From NCBI GenBank assembly GCA_001804565.1, contig MHAC01000008.1, positions 3,446-67,445 on the forward strand: a DNA stretch of 64,000 nt. The letters run 5' to 3'. This DNA comes from Ignavibacteria bacterium GWF2_33_9 (lineage in GTDB: Bacteria; Bacteroidota; Ignavibacteria; Kapaibacteriales; UBA2268). Under the pieces are notes generated by a model that saw only the letters and a program-made list of their open reading frames with translations, ran no database searches and was not told where the DNA came from. Of this stretch, positions 47,098-56,435 are shown piece after piece. A program made the position numbers and the translations under genes. Numbering within the stretch: position 1 is the first letter of the stretch; every line of letters begins with the position of its first letter.

Positions 47098-48201
47098 TCA
47101 ATACATATCTAACCTTGGGAATAATATTTTTAAACATTGGATAAAAATTTCGCCACATTGTTTTATACAACTGTTATTTCCTTGACCACACATATTCAAG
47201 CACAAATTGTAAGCATCATAACAAATTCTAAGGTTTGGATCTACAGCAGTCATTTGAATATAACTACCAGAATCGCCTGCTCCAAGTATGTATCCACATT
47301 GATAATGAATACAATTTATTGAGTTATTATTTCCAACATTTAACGTTGTCCATGCGTTACCATTATCATCAGTTTGATATATTAAACCATTATCAGCACA
47401 TACTACAATAGAACTATCAGAAAATGCAACTAGAGAGGTGAAATTAACTCCTGATGAAGTTTGTGGCGGTGCAATTGAATCCCAACTTTGTCCCCCATTT
47501 GTTGTTTTACAAATTAATTTATCTTCGCCAACAACATAACCGACTAAGCTATCTACAAACTTTAATGACAATATATTCTTATTGATGTTAATATTCGAAG
47601 ATTGCCAATTAGTGCCTTGGTTTGTTGATTTTGAGATAAAACCTCCAGTACCCCCAACATAAATTAAATTACTATCTGACTGGAAAACGTAGATAGAATT
47701 TAACGAATTAACAATAAAATACTGATAATTCACACTCCAATTACTGCCGCCATTCGTTGTTTTTAAAATAATTCCATTATTTCCAACTGCCCATCCAAGA
47801 TCTGAATTTGAAAATCTTATTTGATTTATTCTGGACTGGATTTGCATATTCATATCATCCCAATTTTGTCCTCCGTCAATTGTTTTTGCTGCTTTTCCAT
47901 TATCTCCAGCTACCCAACCAACCAGAGAATCAATAAAAAATATTGAACGTAAGTTTACATAATTTGAACTTGATATTACATTGTTTATTCTTTGCCAAGA
48001 CTGACCGTTGTTTGATAAAAATACTACATTACTATCTGCACAGATATTGTTTCTCATATCTTCACTAATAAAGCAAGAATTAAGATTAATGTTCGTATTC
48101 AATGTCTTGGTTGTATCAGTTTGGGAAAATAAGATAGTAGGAAAAAAAGCAAGAATTAACAGCATTACTCTAAAAAAGCAAATTTGAAAATGATTTTTCA
48201 T
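47098..48201 (-). CDS. BNR/Asp-box repeat beta-propeller protein with Cys-rich C-terminal tail
   Basis: Signal peptide. Asp-boxes DGGQNWD, TNGGSNW, TNQGTNWQ, TNGGQSWD, DDNGNAWT. The C-terminal 60 aa contain 10 Cys (CYDAYNLCLNMCGQGNNSCIKQCGEIFIQC). Confidence 0.6.
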   Translation of the reverse strand: MKNHFQICFFRVMLLILAFFPTILFSQTDTTKTLNTNINLNSCFISEDMRNNICADSNVVFLSNNGQSWQRINNVISSSNYVNLRSIFFIDSLVGWVAGDNGKAAKTIDGGQNWDDMNMQIQSRINQIRFSNSDLGWAVGNNGIILKTTNGGSNWSVNYQYFIVNSLNSIYVFQSDSNLIYVGGTGGFISKSTNQGTNWQSSNININKNILSLKFVDSLVGYVVGEDKLICKTTNGGQSWDSIAPPQTSSGVNFTSLVAFSDSSIVVCADNGLIYQTDDNGNAWTTLNVGNNNSINCIHYQCGYILGAGDSGSYIQMTAVDPNLRICYDAYNLCLNMCGQGNNSCIKQCGEIFIQCLKILFPRLDMY

Positions 48202-48277
48202 TTCAACCTCAATTTTTTTTTCAAAATTATTAAAATAAAATTTATTGACAAAATAATTTTTTTAAATGTATGTATTA

Positions 48278-48320
48278 GTAATCAGCCGGTCAGAGGTTCA
48301 AGTCCGTCAAGTGGCTCTCG
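48278..48320 (+). repeat. degenerate direct repeat of the tRNA-Thr 3' half (att-like remnant)
   Basis: GTAATCAGCCGGTCAGAGGTTCAAGTCCGTCAAGTGGCTC matches the tRNA from the anticodon loop to the acceptor 3' strand (40877-40916) with 3 mismatches. The mismatches break the T-stem, so it is non-functional. Like the genuine tRNA, it is followed by an AAGCC...GGCTT hairpin plus a T-run. Confidence 0.75.
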
Positions 48321-48483
48321 TCGAAAAGCCTAGAAGTTCATCGGGGCTTTTTTTATGCAATTTTATAAACTATTTCAGACTTCGATTCATCTTTCATTAG
48401 ATTTGCAGCAGATAGAAGTTATGTATATGTATAATACAAATGTTTGGCTAAAGGAGCGTGAAAGACTGAAGGGAAAAATTGAT

Positions 48484-50271
48484 TTAACCAACCATAATAG
48501 TATCGGTCTTGTAATGATATTCAGGCTCTTTACTTGGTTTATAGAATGCAAGGAAGAAATTGAGGAAACCTACCCTGCCAATGAACATAAGGAGAATTAT
48601 TACTATTTTGCTGCCGCTTTGCAGATAAGGTGTAACATTTCGGGAAAGTCCTACAGTGCTTGCTGCAGATACTGCCTCAAAAACTAAGTCAAGCGGTTGC
48701 ATATTATTTTCAATAATTAATAAAACTAAAATACCAATAGAAAGTGCCCCTATATTTGCTAACAGCACTTGGAAAGCATTGTTTATATTTTTTGGAGAAA
48801 TCTCACGGTTAAATATTTCCAGCCTTTCTTTGCCACGAATAGTGTTAAAAAGTGAAAGGAAAATCAGAGAAAAAGTAGTAGTTTTAATTCCTCCACCGGT
48901 AGAACCCGGAGAAGCACCTATCCACATAAGGAATATCACAAAAAAGGCTATAGAAAAACTTAAGCCCTCAGAAGCAAGTGTATTGAATCCTGCTGTTCTA
49001 CTTGTTACTGATAGAAACAATGAATGATAAAGATTGAAGAAAAAACTGCCTTTTGTAAATCCCTGGAATTGAAACAACAAGAAGATAATAATTCCTCCTC
49101 CAAAAATTAAAACAGCAGAAGTTATCAGTACTAATTTTGATGAAGCCGAGAGATGTGTTCTCGAAAATTTCTTTAAATTTTTATGTGTATCTCTGCGTAA
49201 ATATGATGATAAATCCCAAAGAACAGTGAATCCTAATCCACCTAAAACTATCAGAACCATTATGTTTAATGTGTAAATTGGATTATTCAGTACAAATTTT
49301 TCCATCATCCCATTTTGCAAAATAGAAAACCCTGCATTACAAAATGCTGAAACAGAATGGAATATAGATTGGAAAGCTAGGTCACCCATGCCATTATAGT
49401 TAACCGGGTCGGAACTTATATACAAAATTACAGCACCAATAAGTTCAATAGTTAAAGTAAAGAAGAAAATTCTCCAAATCAACTTGGCAATTGTTCCTGC
49501 ATTCAATTGACTGAAAAATTCTTTCATCAGGAAACGTACCCTCACACTTAATCCACCGGAAACAATTGCAGCAAAAAACGTTGTGAGTGTCATCACTCCT
49601 AATCCACCTATTTGAATTAGCAGTAAGATAATAATTTGGCCGAATAATGTAAAATGCGTAGCAGTGTTATTCACTACCAGTCCTGTTACGCAAACAGCAC
49701 TTGTACTGGTAAATAGAGCATCCAGATAAGAAGTTGAAGCACCTGCAATAGTGGCTTTAGGTAAACTTAAAAATATACTGCCGGTGAAAATGATTGTAGC
49801 AAAACTTAAGGCAAAAAGTGCAGATGGGTGTAAGTTCAATTTCAGTAAAGAATCAAGATACTTTGTGGATTTTATAAAGAAAGTACCAATAAGAATTATA
49901 TTCAGTATAGTCAAATTAATGCTTTGCAATTCTGTTGTTGACAGTCGTTTAAAGAAATAAGAAACAATATTTTGGAAAAATGTAATGTCGAATAAAAGGA
50001 AAATAAAGAGAAAAGAAACAAGAATTTCAAACCATCTTTCAATCAAATGTATTTGCTTTTTGGGTGCAAAATAAAATCTTGCAAGCTCTTGAAATATAAA
50101 TATCAACATTACTATATTTGTTCCGGTTGACAGCACGTGCAGGGTTTCTTTCGAAACATAAAATCCAATTGTAGTGATAAGTGAAATAATCGAAAAACCA
50201 ACTGTCAGCCCTAGAGCAATTTCGGAAAAGATTTTTACTTTTCTAACTATATATCTTAATGAATTATTCAT
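48484..50271 (-). CDS. TrkH/KtrB-family potassium transporter subunit
   Basis: About 12 TM helices with four repeated pore-loop-like segments (CVTGLVV, CNAGFS, RTAGFNT, TVGLS). There is a 100-aa N-terminal extension. Confidence 0.6.
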   Translation of the reverse strand: MNNSLRYIVRKVKIFSEIALGLTVGFSIISLITTIGFYVSKETLHVLSTGTNIVMLIFIFQELARFYFAPKKQIHLIERWFEILVSFLFIFLLFDITFFQNIVSYFFKRLSTTELQSINLTILNIILIGTFFIKSTKYLDSLLKLNLHPSALFALSFATIIFTGSIFLSLPKATIAGASTSYLDALFTSTSAVCVTGLVVNNTATHFTLFGQIIILLLIQIGGLGVMTLTTFFAAIVSGGLSVRVRFLMKEFFSQLNAGTIAKLIWRIFFFTLTIELIGAVILYISSDPVNYNGMGDLAFQSIFHSVSAFCNAGFSILQNGMMEKFVLNNPIYTLNIMVLIVLGGLGFTVLWDLSSYLRRDTHKNLKKFSRTHLSASSKLVLITSAVLIFGGGIIIFLLFQFQGFTKGSFFFNLYHSLFLSVTSRTAGFNTLASEGLSFSIAFFVIFLMWIGASPGSTGGGIKTTTFSLIFLSLFNTIRGKERLEIFNREISPKNINNAFQVLLANIGALSIGILVLLIIENNMQPLDLVFEAVSAASTVGLSRNVTPYLQSGSKIVIILLMFIGRVGFLNFFLAFYKPSKEPEYHYKTDTIMVG

Positions 50272-50371
50272 CTATTTATAAGTTTTCGATTTTTCAAATT
50301 CAAAAATACGAATTTCTTTCTTTATTCTCCTAAAAATTACAATTAAGATGATATGCATAAATTATGCCGTT

Positions 50372-52081
50372 TTACTCATCAAAGAGTAACATTACATTTT
50401 CGATATCCCAGCGGTCCTTTACTTCAATTTCATTTTTGAAAATCTTGAATTTTTCTGCGGGTACATACGGGAATGCTAAACCACAATCGTACTTGCCATT
50501 CATATTCTCATCGCAAAATGTTTCCAAATGATATTTCCCGGGTTTCACTCGCTCGAATTTCCATTTGCCGTCAGTATATTTATCAGTTTGATATACATCC
50601 TTCCCGTCATTTGAAATAAGTTGCAAAACTAATTTCCCGTACCCTGATTTATCCAGCAGCATGCCACTCACAGCAGGATAAGTTCTCCAGTCACCTGTTT
50701 GGAAATCAAATTTAACAGTTGTATCTTTCAGTTGATGACTGAAAACATTTTTCACCAGAGATTCATTGAATTTCAAGCGGTACCAGCTTTCGGAGAGCAA
50801 TTCAGCTTTTGGTAAAATTATTATTGAATTCGGATTTTCTTTAACTACCTCAAAATCTACCATGGAACTATCTGTCAACCTTATAAAATCAAAATACTTC
50901 GCTGACGAATCCAATTGAATCGGCATATTGAAAGTAAATGTAAACGAATGGTCGTACATAATTTTACGAATGCTGTCCTTCAGTGGAATATAATTTTGAG
51001 AAAAAGAAAAATCATTTTTATTAACTCTGGAAACAAAGACATAATTTCCCTTTTGCAGCCATACATCGGATGTATCTTTTATCAGTGAATCTTTTCTCAC
51101 TTGCAACGTTAAATCATTTTGCAATGATAAAGAATCAGCAAGTTGAAAAAATAATTTTCCGGAGATAGTTGAATCCAAAAAAATTGCTGAAAATTCAATA
51201 TTTTTCCCGGAAGTAGAATCGTAAAGTCCGAAATATTCTTTAATTTCAGATAAATCAGATTTATTGAAGAATGCTTTCTGAAAAATTATTGATAAAAATT
51301 TATTCTGATATAATTCTGAGCTTACAATTTGATTTGGAGCAATATTCGGATATTGACCGAATTTAATTTTCGCATTTTCCGATACCCCATTTTTCACAAC
51401 AAAATCATTAGCAGTTGTACCAAAAAAGTCAGATGCTGGATGGAATAAATTATCTTTAAAATCAGACTTTACCGCTATCAAACGAAATTCTCCATCAGGT
51501 AAAGCACGAAGTGTGAATGCACCATTTGTACCAACCTGCGTTTTGAATTCAGCAATCACATTCTCTGGATTCAATGTGTCGATATTCTTATTATCTTTCC
51601 TGTAACCATAAATAAAAGTACCTTCAATTTTCTCACCATAAAGCATTCCGTCAATTTTACCTGTGTCAATTTTTTCTCCGGTAGAAAAGGTAACTGCAAA
51701 AGCAGAATCCGGTTTATTGCCTTTCAAATCTGTGTATTCAGTTCCTAATAAAAATGAATAAGTCGTATTACTTTTGAGAGTGTCCAAAAATTCAACAGAA
51801 AGCTTAGTACCACTCCAGCTATATCCCATAGTAATAGGTGGAGAAATGGAGATATTCTGCACCACTTTATTTCTATCGGGCCACTCGGAAAAGGCAATTT
51901 GAATTTCTTCACCGGCAAAATTGCGTGTCATATCTAATGGCATAGCATCAATGACAGACGGAGGAATAGAATCTTTCGGTCCACCTGAGGGTGGTTGAAT
52001 ATTTGCACAATCTGTGAGAGAAAGCAATGCACCTAATAATACAGAAAGTAATAATATTTTATAAAAAATACTTATTTTCAT
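50372..52081 (-). CDS. Ig-like (Big_5-type) domain lipoprotein
   Basis: Signal peptide plus LTDC lipobox, followed by the QPPSGGPKDSIPPSV motif typical of bacterial Ig-like domain lipoproteins. Confidence 0.45.
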   Translation of the reverse strand: MKISIFYKILLLSVLLGALLSLTDCANIQPPSGGPKDSIPPSVIDAMPLDMTRNFAGEEIQIAFSEWPDRNKVVQNISISPPITMGYSWSGTKLSVEFLDTLKSNTTYSFLLGTEYTDLKGNKPDSAFAVTFSTGEKIDTGKIDGMLYGEKIEGTFIYGYRKDNKNIDTLNPENVIAEFKTQVGTNGAFTLRALPDGEFRLIAVKSDFKDNLFHPASDFFGTTANDFVVKNGVSENAKIKFGQYPNIAPNQIVSSELYQNKFLSIIFQKAFFNKSDLSEIKEYFGLYDSTSGKNIEFSAIFLDSTISGKLFFQLADSLSLQNDLTLQVRKDSLIKDTSDVWLQKGNYVFVSRVNKNDFSFSQNYIPLKDSIRKIMYDHSFTFTFNMPIQLDSSAKYFDFIRLTDSSMVDFEVVKENPNSIIILPKAELLSESWYRLKFNESLVKNVFSHQLKDTTVKFDFQTGDWRTYPAVSGMLLDKSGYGKLVLQLISNDGKDVYQTDKYTDGKWKFERVKPGKYHLETFCDENMNGKYDCGLAFPYVPAEKFKIFKNEIEVKDRWDIENVMLLFDE

Positions 52082-52139
52082 ATTTTTAATATTTGTAAAA
52101 AACTAAATTAATATATTAAGGTCGATTATTTTTTATTAA

Positions 52140-53081
52140 ATGATGAATTTTCCGAGAAAATATTTGAATTATATGGGAATAAACGTATTGAAGAATTTCT
52201 TGAAAAGAATTTACAAGAGAATTGCTAATTTCATTGAAGTAATTGACAGGCACAATATCTTCATGCTTGCCGCCGGGATTTCCTTTAATATATTTCTTTA
52301 CTTTATCCCCTTGATTTTAATTGCAATTTATTTTGCAATCAATTTACTGGATGCGCAAATGGTGGATAATACCATTCAAAACTTATTTCTTGAATTTTTA
52401 CCTGATACAGAAAATACTTATGTGATAATTTATGAAGTGCTCACAGAAATATCTGCAATTCAAAAAGGAAGCGGCACCTCAGGTTTGATTGGTGTGATTA
52501 CCACACTTTGGTTATCCTCTCTTTTCATTTCAGCCATCAGAAGCGGATTGGATAGAGTTATGGAAGTGAAACAGCATAAAATATTTCTTTTTTACAAACT
52601 CAAAGATATACTGCTAACCTTAATTTTTCCATTTTTGATTATACTTTACTCAATATCTATCCCATTTTCTGCAATTCTGATTAATTTCTTCAAAGATTAT
52701 ATTCCATTTATCAAATGGGGCTTTGTAGAGTCATATGCCGATGAAGCAATTGCCATTACTTTTTCGATTCTGCTGTTTTACTTTATGTATAGATTCATTC
52801 CTTCACATGCACGCAAAGGGAAATTTTCTCTTTTAGCAGCAATTATAGGTAGTATCCTAGTTTTCATGGCACGTCAAATCTTTAGCTGGTACTTAGTTTC
52901 CATGAGCAAATACGGTACTTTTTACGGGACTTATGCTACAATTGTTGCAATAGCATTATGGGTATACTATTTTTCATTTATAATGTTATTTTCTGCAGAA
53001 ATTGCAAATCTTTTCTTCCCTGATAATGGCGATATCCAAAAAAAAGAGCCTGAAAAAAAAGTTTCACAAATTCTTGAATAG
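52140..53081 (+). CDS. YihY/BrkB-family inner-membrane protein
   Basis: ...AAGISFNIFLYFIPLILIAI... and a six-TM topology characteristic of YihY. Confidence 0.6.
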   Translation: MMNFPRKYLNYMGINVLKNFLKRIYKRIANFIEVIDRHNIFMLAAGISFNIFLYFIPLILIAIYFAINLLDAQMVDNTIQNLFLEFLPDTENTYVIIYEVLTEISAIQKGSGTSGLIGVITTLWLSSLFISAIRSGLDRVMEVKQHKIFLFYKLKDILLTLIFPFLIILYSISIPFSAILINFFKDYIPFIKWGFVESYADEAIAITFSILLFYFMYRFIPSHARKGKFSLLAAIIGSILVFMARQIFSWYLVSMSKYGTFYGTYATIVAIALWVYYFSFIMLFSAEIANLFFPDNGDIQKKEPEKKVSQILE

Positions 53082-53171
53082 TTAATACAGAAAAATATTT
53101 GCACACTTTATTTAATATTTAAATAAAAATTATTAAATTGCTTTTTTCAAATTTTATTCATCGGAGGATTG

Positions 53172-54236
53172 ATGAAAAAACTTTCTATTTTGTTTTTTGC
53201 ATTTGCAATTTTAACTTCAGTATCCACATCTAAAGCTGAAGATACATTCCATATTTATGGATTTGCGGACACCTATTTTGCAACCGACAATTACTACGTA
53301 CCACAAGGTTCAGAATATAGCTATATGAGGCCGATAGCAATGAATAATTCAAAAGAAAGTACTTTTGGATTGAATATTGCACAATTGTGTATTCATGGCA
53401 ATTATGGCGATGCTCGTGGACATGTAGTATTGCATTTTGGGGAAATGGCTTCGATGGCTTCTTCGGCAGGCGGAAATTCTACAATTCAACAAGCTAATGT
53501 TGGATTTAGAATTTTTGATAATTTCTGGGTTGATGCAGGTTTATTCACTACTCACATTGGTGACGAAGGTTTCTCGCCTGCACACAATTGGCTTTCTTCA
53601 TACTCAATCGTAACAATGAATCAACCTTTCTTCCAAAGTGGTGTTAAATTTGGATATGAAGGTGAAAAATTCACTGGTCAAATTCATATCCTGAACAGAA
53701 ACGGTGATTTCGAAGAAAACAATTGGAACAAAACTTACGGAGTTTACTTGGCATATAAGATACTCGAAAATTTCACTTTATCTTATGGCAATTTACTAGG
53801 TAATGAAAATGCTTCAGCACCTAAAAATCCTTATTTTGTCATGCTCCACAATGTTTGCTTCGATTGGGAAGCTATGGAAAATTTTGCAGTAAAAGGCGAA
53901 GTTGACTTTGGATCACAGCAATTTAAAGATGCTGATGCAATTGATTCTGATTTAGGAATTGCAGCTCAAGCTCGTTATAAATTCAATGATAAATGCTCAG
54001 CGACTCTCCGCTTTGCTATGTTATCAATGACTGAAGATGATGGTAGCGAATCAACTACTAATTCAATGAATCAAATTACTTTGGGTGCTCAATACAAACC
54101 AACCAAGAATACATATTTCAAATTGGAAGGTTCTATGTTCTCATCTGATAACGAGAATGCATTTCAACATGTAGATAATGAAACATCTGGTTCAATGATG
54201 GAACTTATTCTGAATTTTGGTGTATTTATTAAGTAA
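53172..54236 (+). CDS. putative outer-membrane porin (beta-barrel)
   Basis: GGAGG RBS, signal peptide MKKLSILFFAFAILTSVSTSKA, and amphipathic beta-strands throughout. Confidence 0.5.
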   Translation: MKKLSILFFAFAILTSVSTSKAEDTFHIYGFADTYFATDNYYVPQGSEYSYMRPIAMNNSKESTFGLNIAQLCIHGNYGDARGHVVLHFGEMASMASSAGGNSTIQQANVGFRIFDNFWVDAGLFTTHIGDEGFSPAHNWLSSYSIVTMNQPFFQSGVKFGYEGEKFTGQIHILNRNGDFEENNWNKTYGVYLAYKILENFTLSYGNLLGNENASAPKNPYFVMLHNVCFDWEAMENFAVKGEVDFGSQQFKDADAIDSDLGIAAQARYKFNDKCSATLRFAMLSMTEDDGSESTTNSMNQITLGAQYKPTKNTYFKLEGSMFSSDNENAFQHVDNETSGSMMELILNFGVFIK

Positions 54237-54262
54237 GTAGATTGTGTTTTGAATAGATATAA

Positions 54263-54293
54263 GAATCCCCGGTGTTTGCATCGGGGATTTTTC
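54263..54293. terminator. bidirectional intrinsic terminator
   Basis: AATCCCCG-gtgtttgcat-CGGGGATTTTTC. Confidence 0.7.
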
Positions 54294-54297
54294 ATTT

Positions 54298-56349
54298 TTA
54301 TTTATTCAGATTTATTTCTACTCTACGGTTTTTTGAGCGGTTTTCTTCTGTATCATTCTGCGTCACAGGTTGCGAAGCACCAAAGGATTTTACGATCATT
54401 TTTTTATTTACACCCTTTTTGGTAAGATAATCCTTCACTGCATTGGCTCTTTTGTACGCAAGGTCTTTATTGTATGAATCAGTTCCACGATTATCTGTAT
54501 GACCTGATATTTGGACTGTGATTTCGCCTGCATCCTTTAAGAAGTTTACTAATCTATCCAGTTCAAAGAAACTTTCCGGTTTAAGGTCAAATTTATCAAA
54601 ATCGAAGAAAAGATTATTAATTGTAATAGCTGTTTTATTCTCCTTCATTTCTTCCAGTGAAGTGAGAGTAATATTGAGTGTTATGCTCGTATCTTTTTTG
54701 AATTTAGTCAAATCAATATTACCGGAAGTCGGGTAAAATCCTTTTTTTTCCGCATAGAATCCGTAATTTTTTCCAAGAGGTAATACAATAAAGTAATTGC
54801 CTGTTTTAGGATTTGATTTAAGAATTCCCAAATTTTCTCCTGTAGCAAGATTTTGCCATTTAATATCGGCCGCAAGCGGTTTTCCGTCATTCGACAGTAT
54901 ATGCCCCCGAATTGATGCAACTGCTGCAGGTTTATACATGCCAGGCAAAGTAACAGCATACAAATCCAGCCCTCCGTTGCTGTCTTCACGATATCTTGAA
55001 GAAAAATATGCAGTATCTCCCGTTAAACCAATTTTATAGCCCCAATCATCATCTGCGGAATTAATATATCTTCCGAGATTAACCGGTTCACTCCATTCTT
55101 TCCAAGAAGAATCACTTAATCTGACTGATTTAAATACGTCCATATGACCTAAGCCGGGATGACCATCTGAACTGAAATAAAGAGTCTTTCCATCAGGATG
55201 CAAAAATGCTGATCGTTCGGAAAATGGTGTATTCACAGCAGGACCCAAATTAATCGGTTCGCTCCATCCATCTTCTGTTTTCAGAGATACATAAATATCC
55301 ATATTCCCATTCACTCCACCATGAAAATAAGTTCCATAAGAAACTTGCTCGCCTGATTCATTTGGTCTGTCCGAAGTAAAAAGCAGTGCTTTTCCATCGC
55401 TTGTGAGATAACCGGACTCATCCTGGTAAGTGGAATTTATCGGCATTGGATAATGGTATAAATTTCCCCAGCCTTCTTCAGTTGCAGATGCTGAATATAT
55501 ATCAAATAATCCGAAAGTTCCTGCAAAATTTCCGGAAAGGAATAAAGTATTTCCATCCACCGAAACATTATCAATTGTTTCATTTGCTTCTGAATTAATT
55601 GGTAGTCCTAACGAAACAGGATTGCTCCATGTCTCTCCCTGATTAGTGGAAATGAAAACATCATTACCACCCATTGAGCCTTGCCTTTGACCGGAAAAAA
55701 AGAGATATTTTCCGTCAGGAGTCGGATTCGGATCCCATTCATCCTGACTTGAATTAATATTCTTCGGCAAATGAATAATTGTCACATTGTCTTCTTTTCT
55801 GGAAAGAACTTCAATTACTCCATCGAACTTACGTTCAAGAGCAGGATATAAAGGTTTGAAATTTTCAAAAGCTGCAAGTGCTGAATCGAATTGCTGCTCT
55901 CGAATGAATTTTTCCGTATATCTCTGAACGGCAATAAATCCGTCTTCTGTGTTCTTAATTCGTATAGCAAGATTATTATATAATTTTCTTCTTTCCTCTT
56001 CCGGTGATTGAACAAGTGCTAATCTGATTAAATTTGTTTTTTCCTGTTCAATTTTAATGGAATAATTTGGAAAGAGATTTTCATAAAGGTAAAAGACCTC
56101 AAGAGCAACAATATAATTTCTGCTTTGGTAATGTATCCTTGCTATATGGACTACAACGCTATAAGCATCCTGCGAAGGAGCATATTTGCGAATATAAGTA
56201 TCCCATTCTTTGAAAGTCTCCGGATTTAATGGTTTGGATAAATTTGGTTTTAATTGCTGTGAATAAACATTTACATTAGGAAAGAGTATAAAAAAAGAAA
56301 TTAAAAGAAAAATAAATTTCAAATGATTCGGTATGGAAAAAAAGTTCAT
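54298..56349 (-). CDS. PorE-like T9SS-associated protein (TPR plus PD40 beta-propeller plus carboxypeptidase-regulatory-like domain plus OmpA_C domain)
   Basis: Signal peptide. N-terminal TPR-like helices. PD40/TolB-like repeats (DEWDPNPTPDGKYLFFSGQRQGSMGGNDVFIS; YLTSDGKALLFTSDRP; FLHPDGKTLYFSSDGHPGLGHMDVF). C-terminal OmpA: ISGHTDNRGTDSYNKDLAYKRANAVKDYL...NRRVEI. This domain order matches P. gingivalis PorE. Confidence 0.5.
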   Translation of the reverse strand: MNFFSIPNHLKFIFLLISFFILFPNVNVYSQQLKPNLSKPLNPETFKEWDTYIRKYAPSQDAYSVVVHIARIHYQSRNYIVALEVFYLYENLFPNYSIKIEQEKTNLIRLALVQSPEEERRKLYNNLAIRIKNTEDGFIAVQRYTEKFIREQQFDSALAAFENFKPLYPALERKFDGVIEVLSRKEDNVTIIHLPKNINSSQDEWDPNPTPDGKYLFFSGQRQGSMGGNDVFISTNQGETWSNPVSLGLPINSEANETIDNVSVDGNTLFLSGNFAGTFGLFDIYSASATEEGWGNLYHYPMPINSTYQDESGYLTSDGKALLFTSDRPNESGEQVSYGTYFHGGVNGNMDIYVSLKTEDGWSEPINLGPAVNTPFSERSAFLHPDGKTLYFSSDGHPGLGHMDVFKSVRLSDSSWKEWSEPVNLGRYINSADDDWGYKIGLTGDTAYFSSRYREDSNGGLDLYAVTLPGMYKPAAVASIRGHILSNDGKPLAADIKWQNLATGENLGILKSNPKTGNYFIVLPLGKNYGFYAEKKGFYPTSGNIDLTKFKKDTSITLNITLTSLEEMKENKTAITINNLFFDFDKFDLKPESFFELDRLVNFLKDAGEITVQISGHTDNRGTDSYNKDLAYKRANAVKDYLTKKGVNKKMIVKSFGASQPVTQNDTEENRSKNRRVEINLNK

Positions 56350-56435
56350 TCTTGCAAAAATTTTTGAGAAAAAAAATTAAAAGTAAATATTATTAAAATA
56401 TTATTCGTTAAATTTACGAATAAAGAATTATCAAA

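Noticed and set aside
40918-48277. Calling the tRNA-flanked block an active integrative element
   Set aside because: No integrase, excisionase or other mobility gene is recognisable. Only a 45-codon stop-delimited antisense ORF tail exists at about 41180-41290. The repeat is degenerate.
48355-48687. 110-aa plus-strand ORF
   Set aside because: It overlaps the 3' end of the well-supported TrkH gene on the opposite strand and the tRNA-fragment terminator region. It has no motif and is likely spurious.
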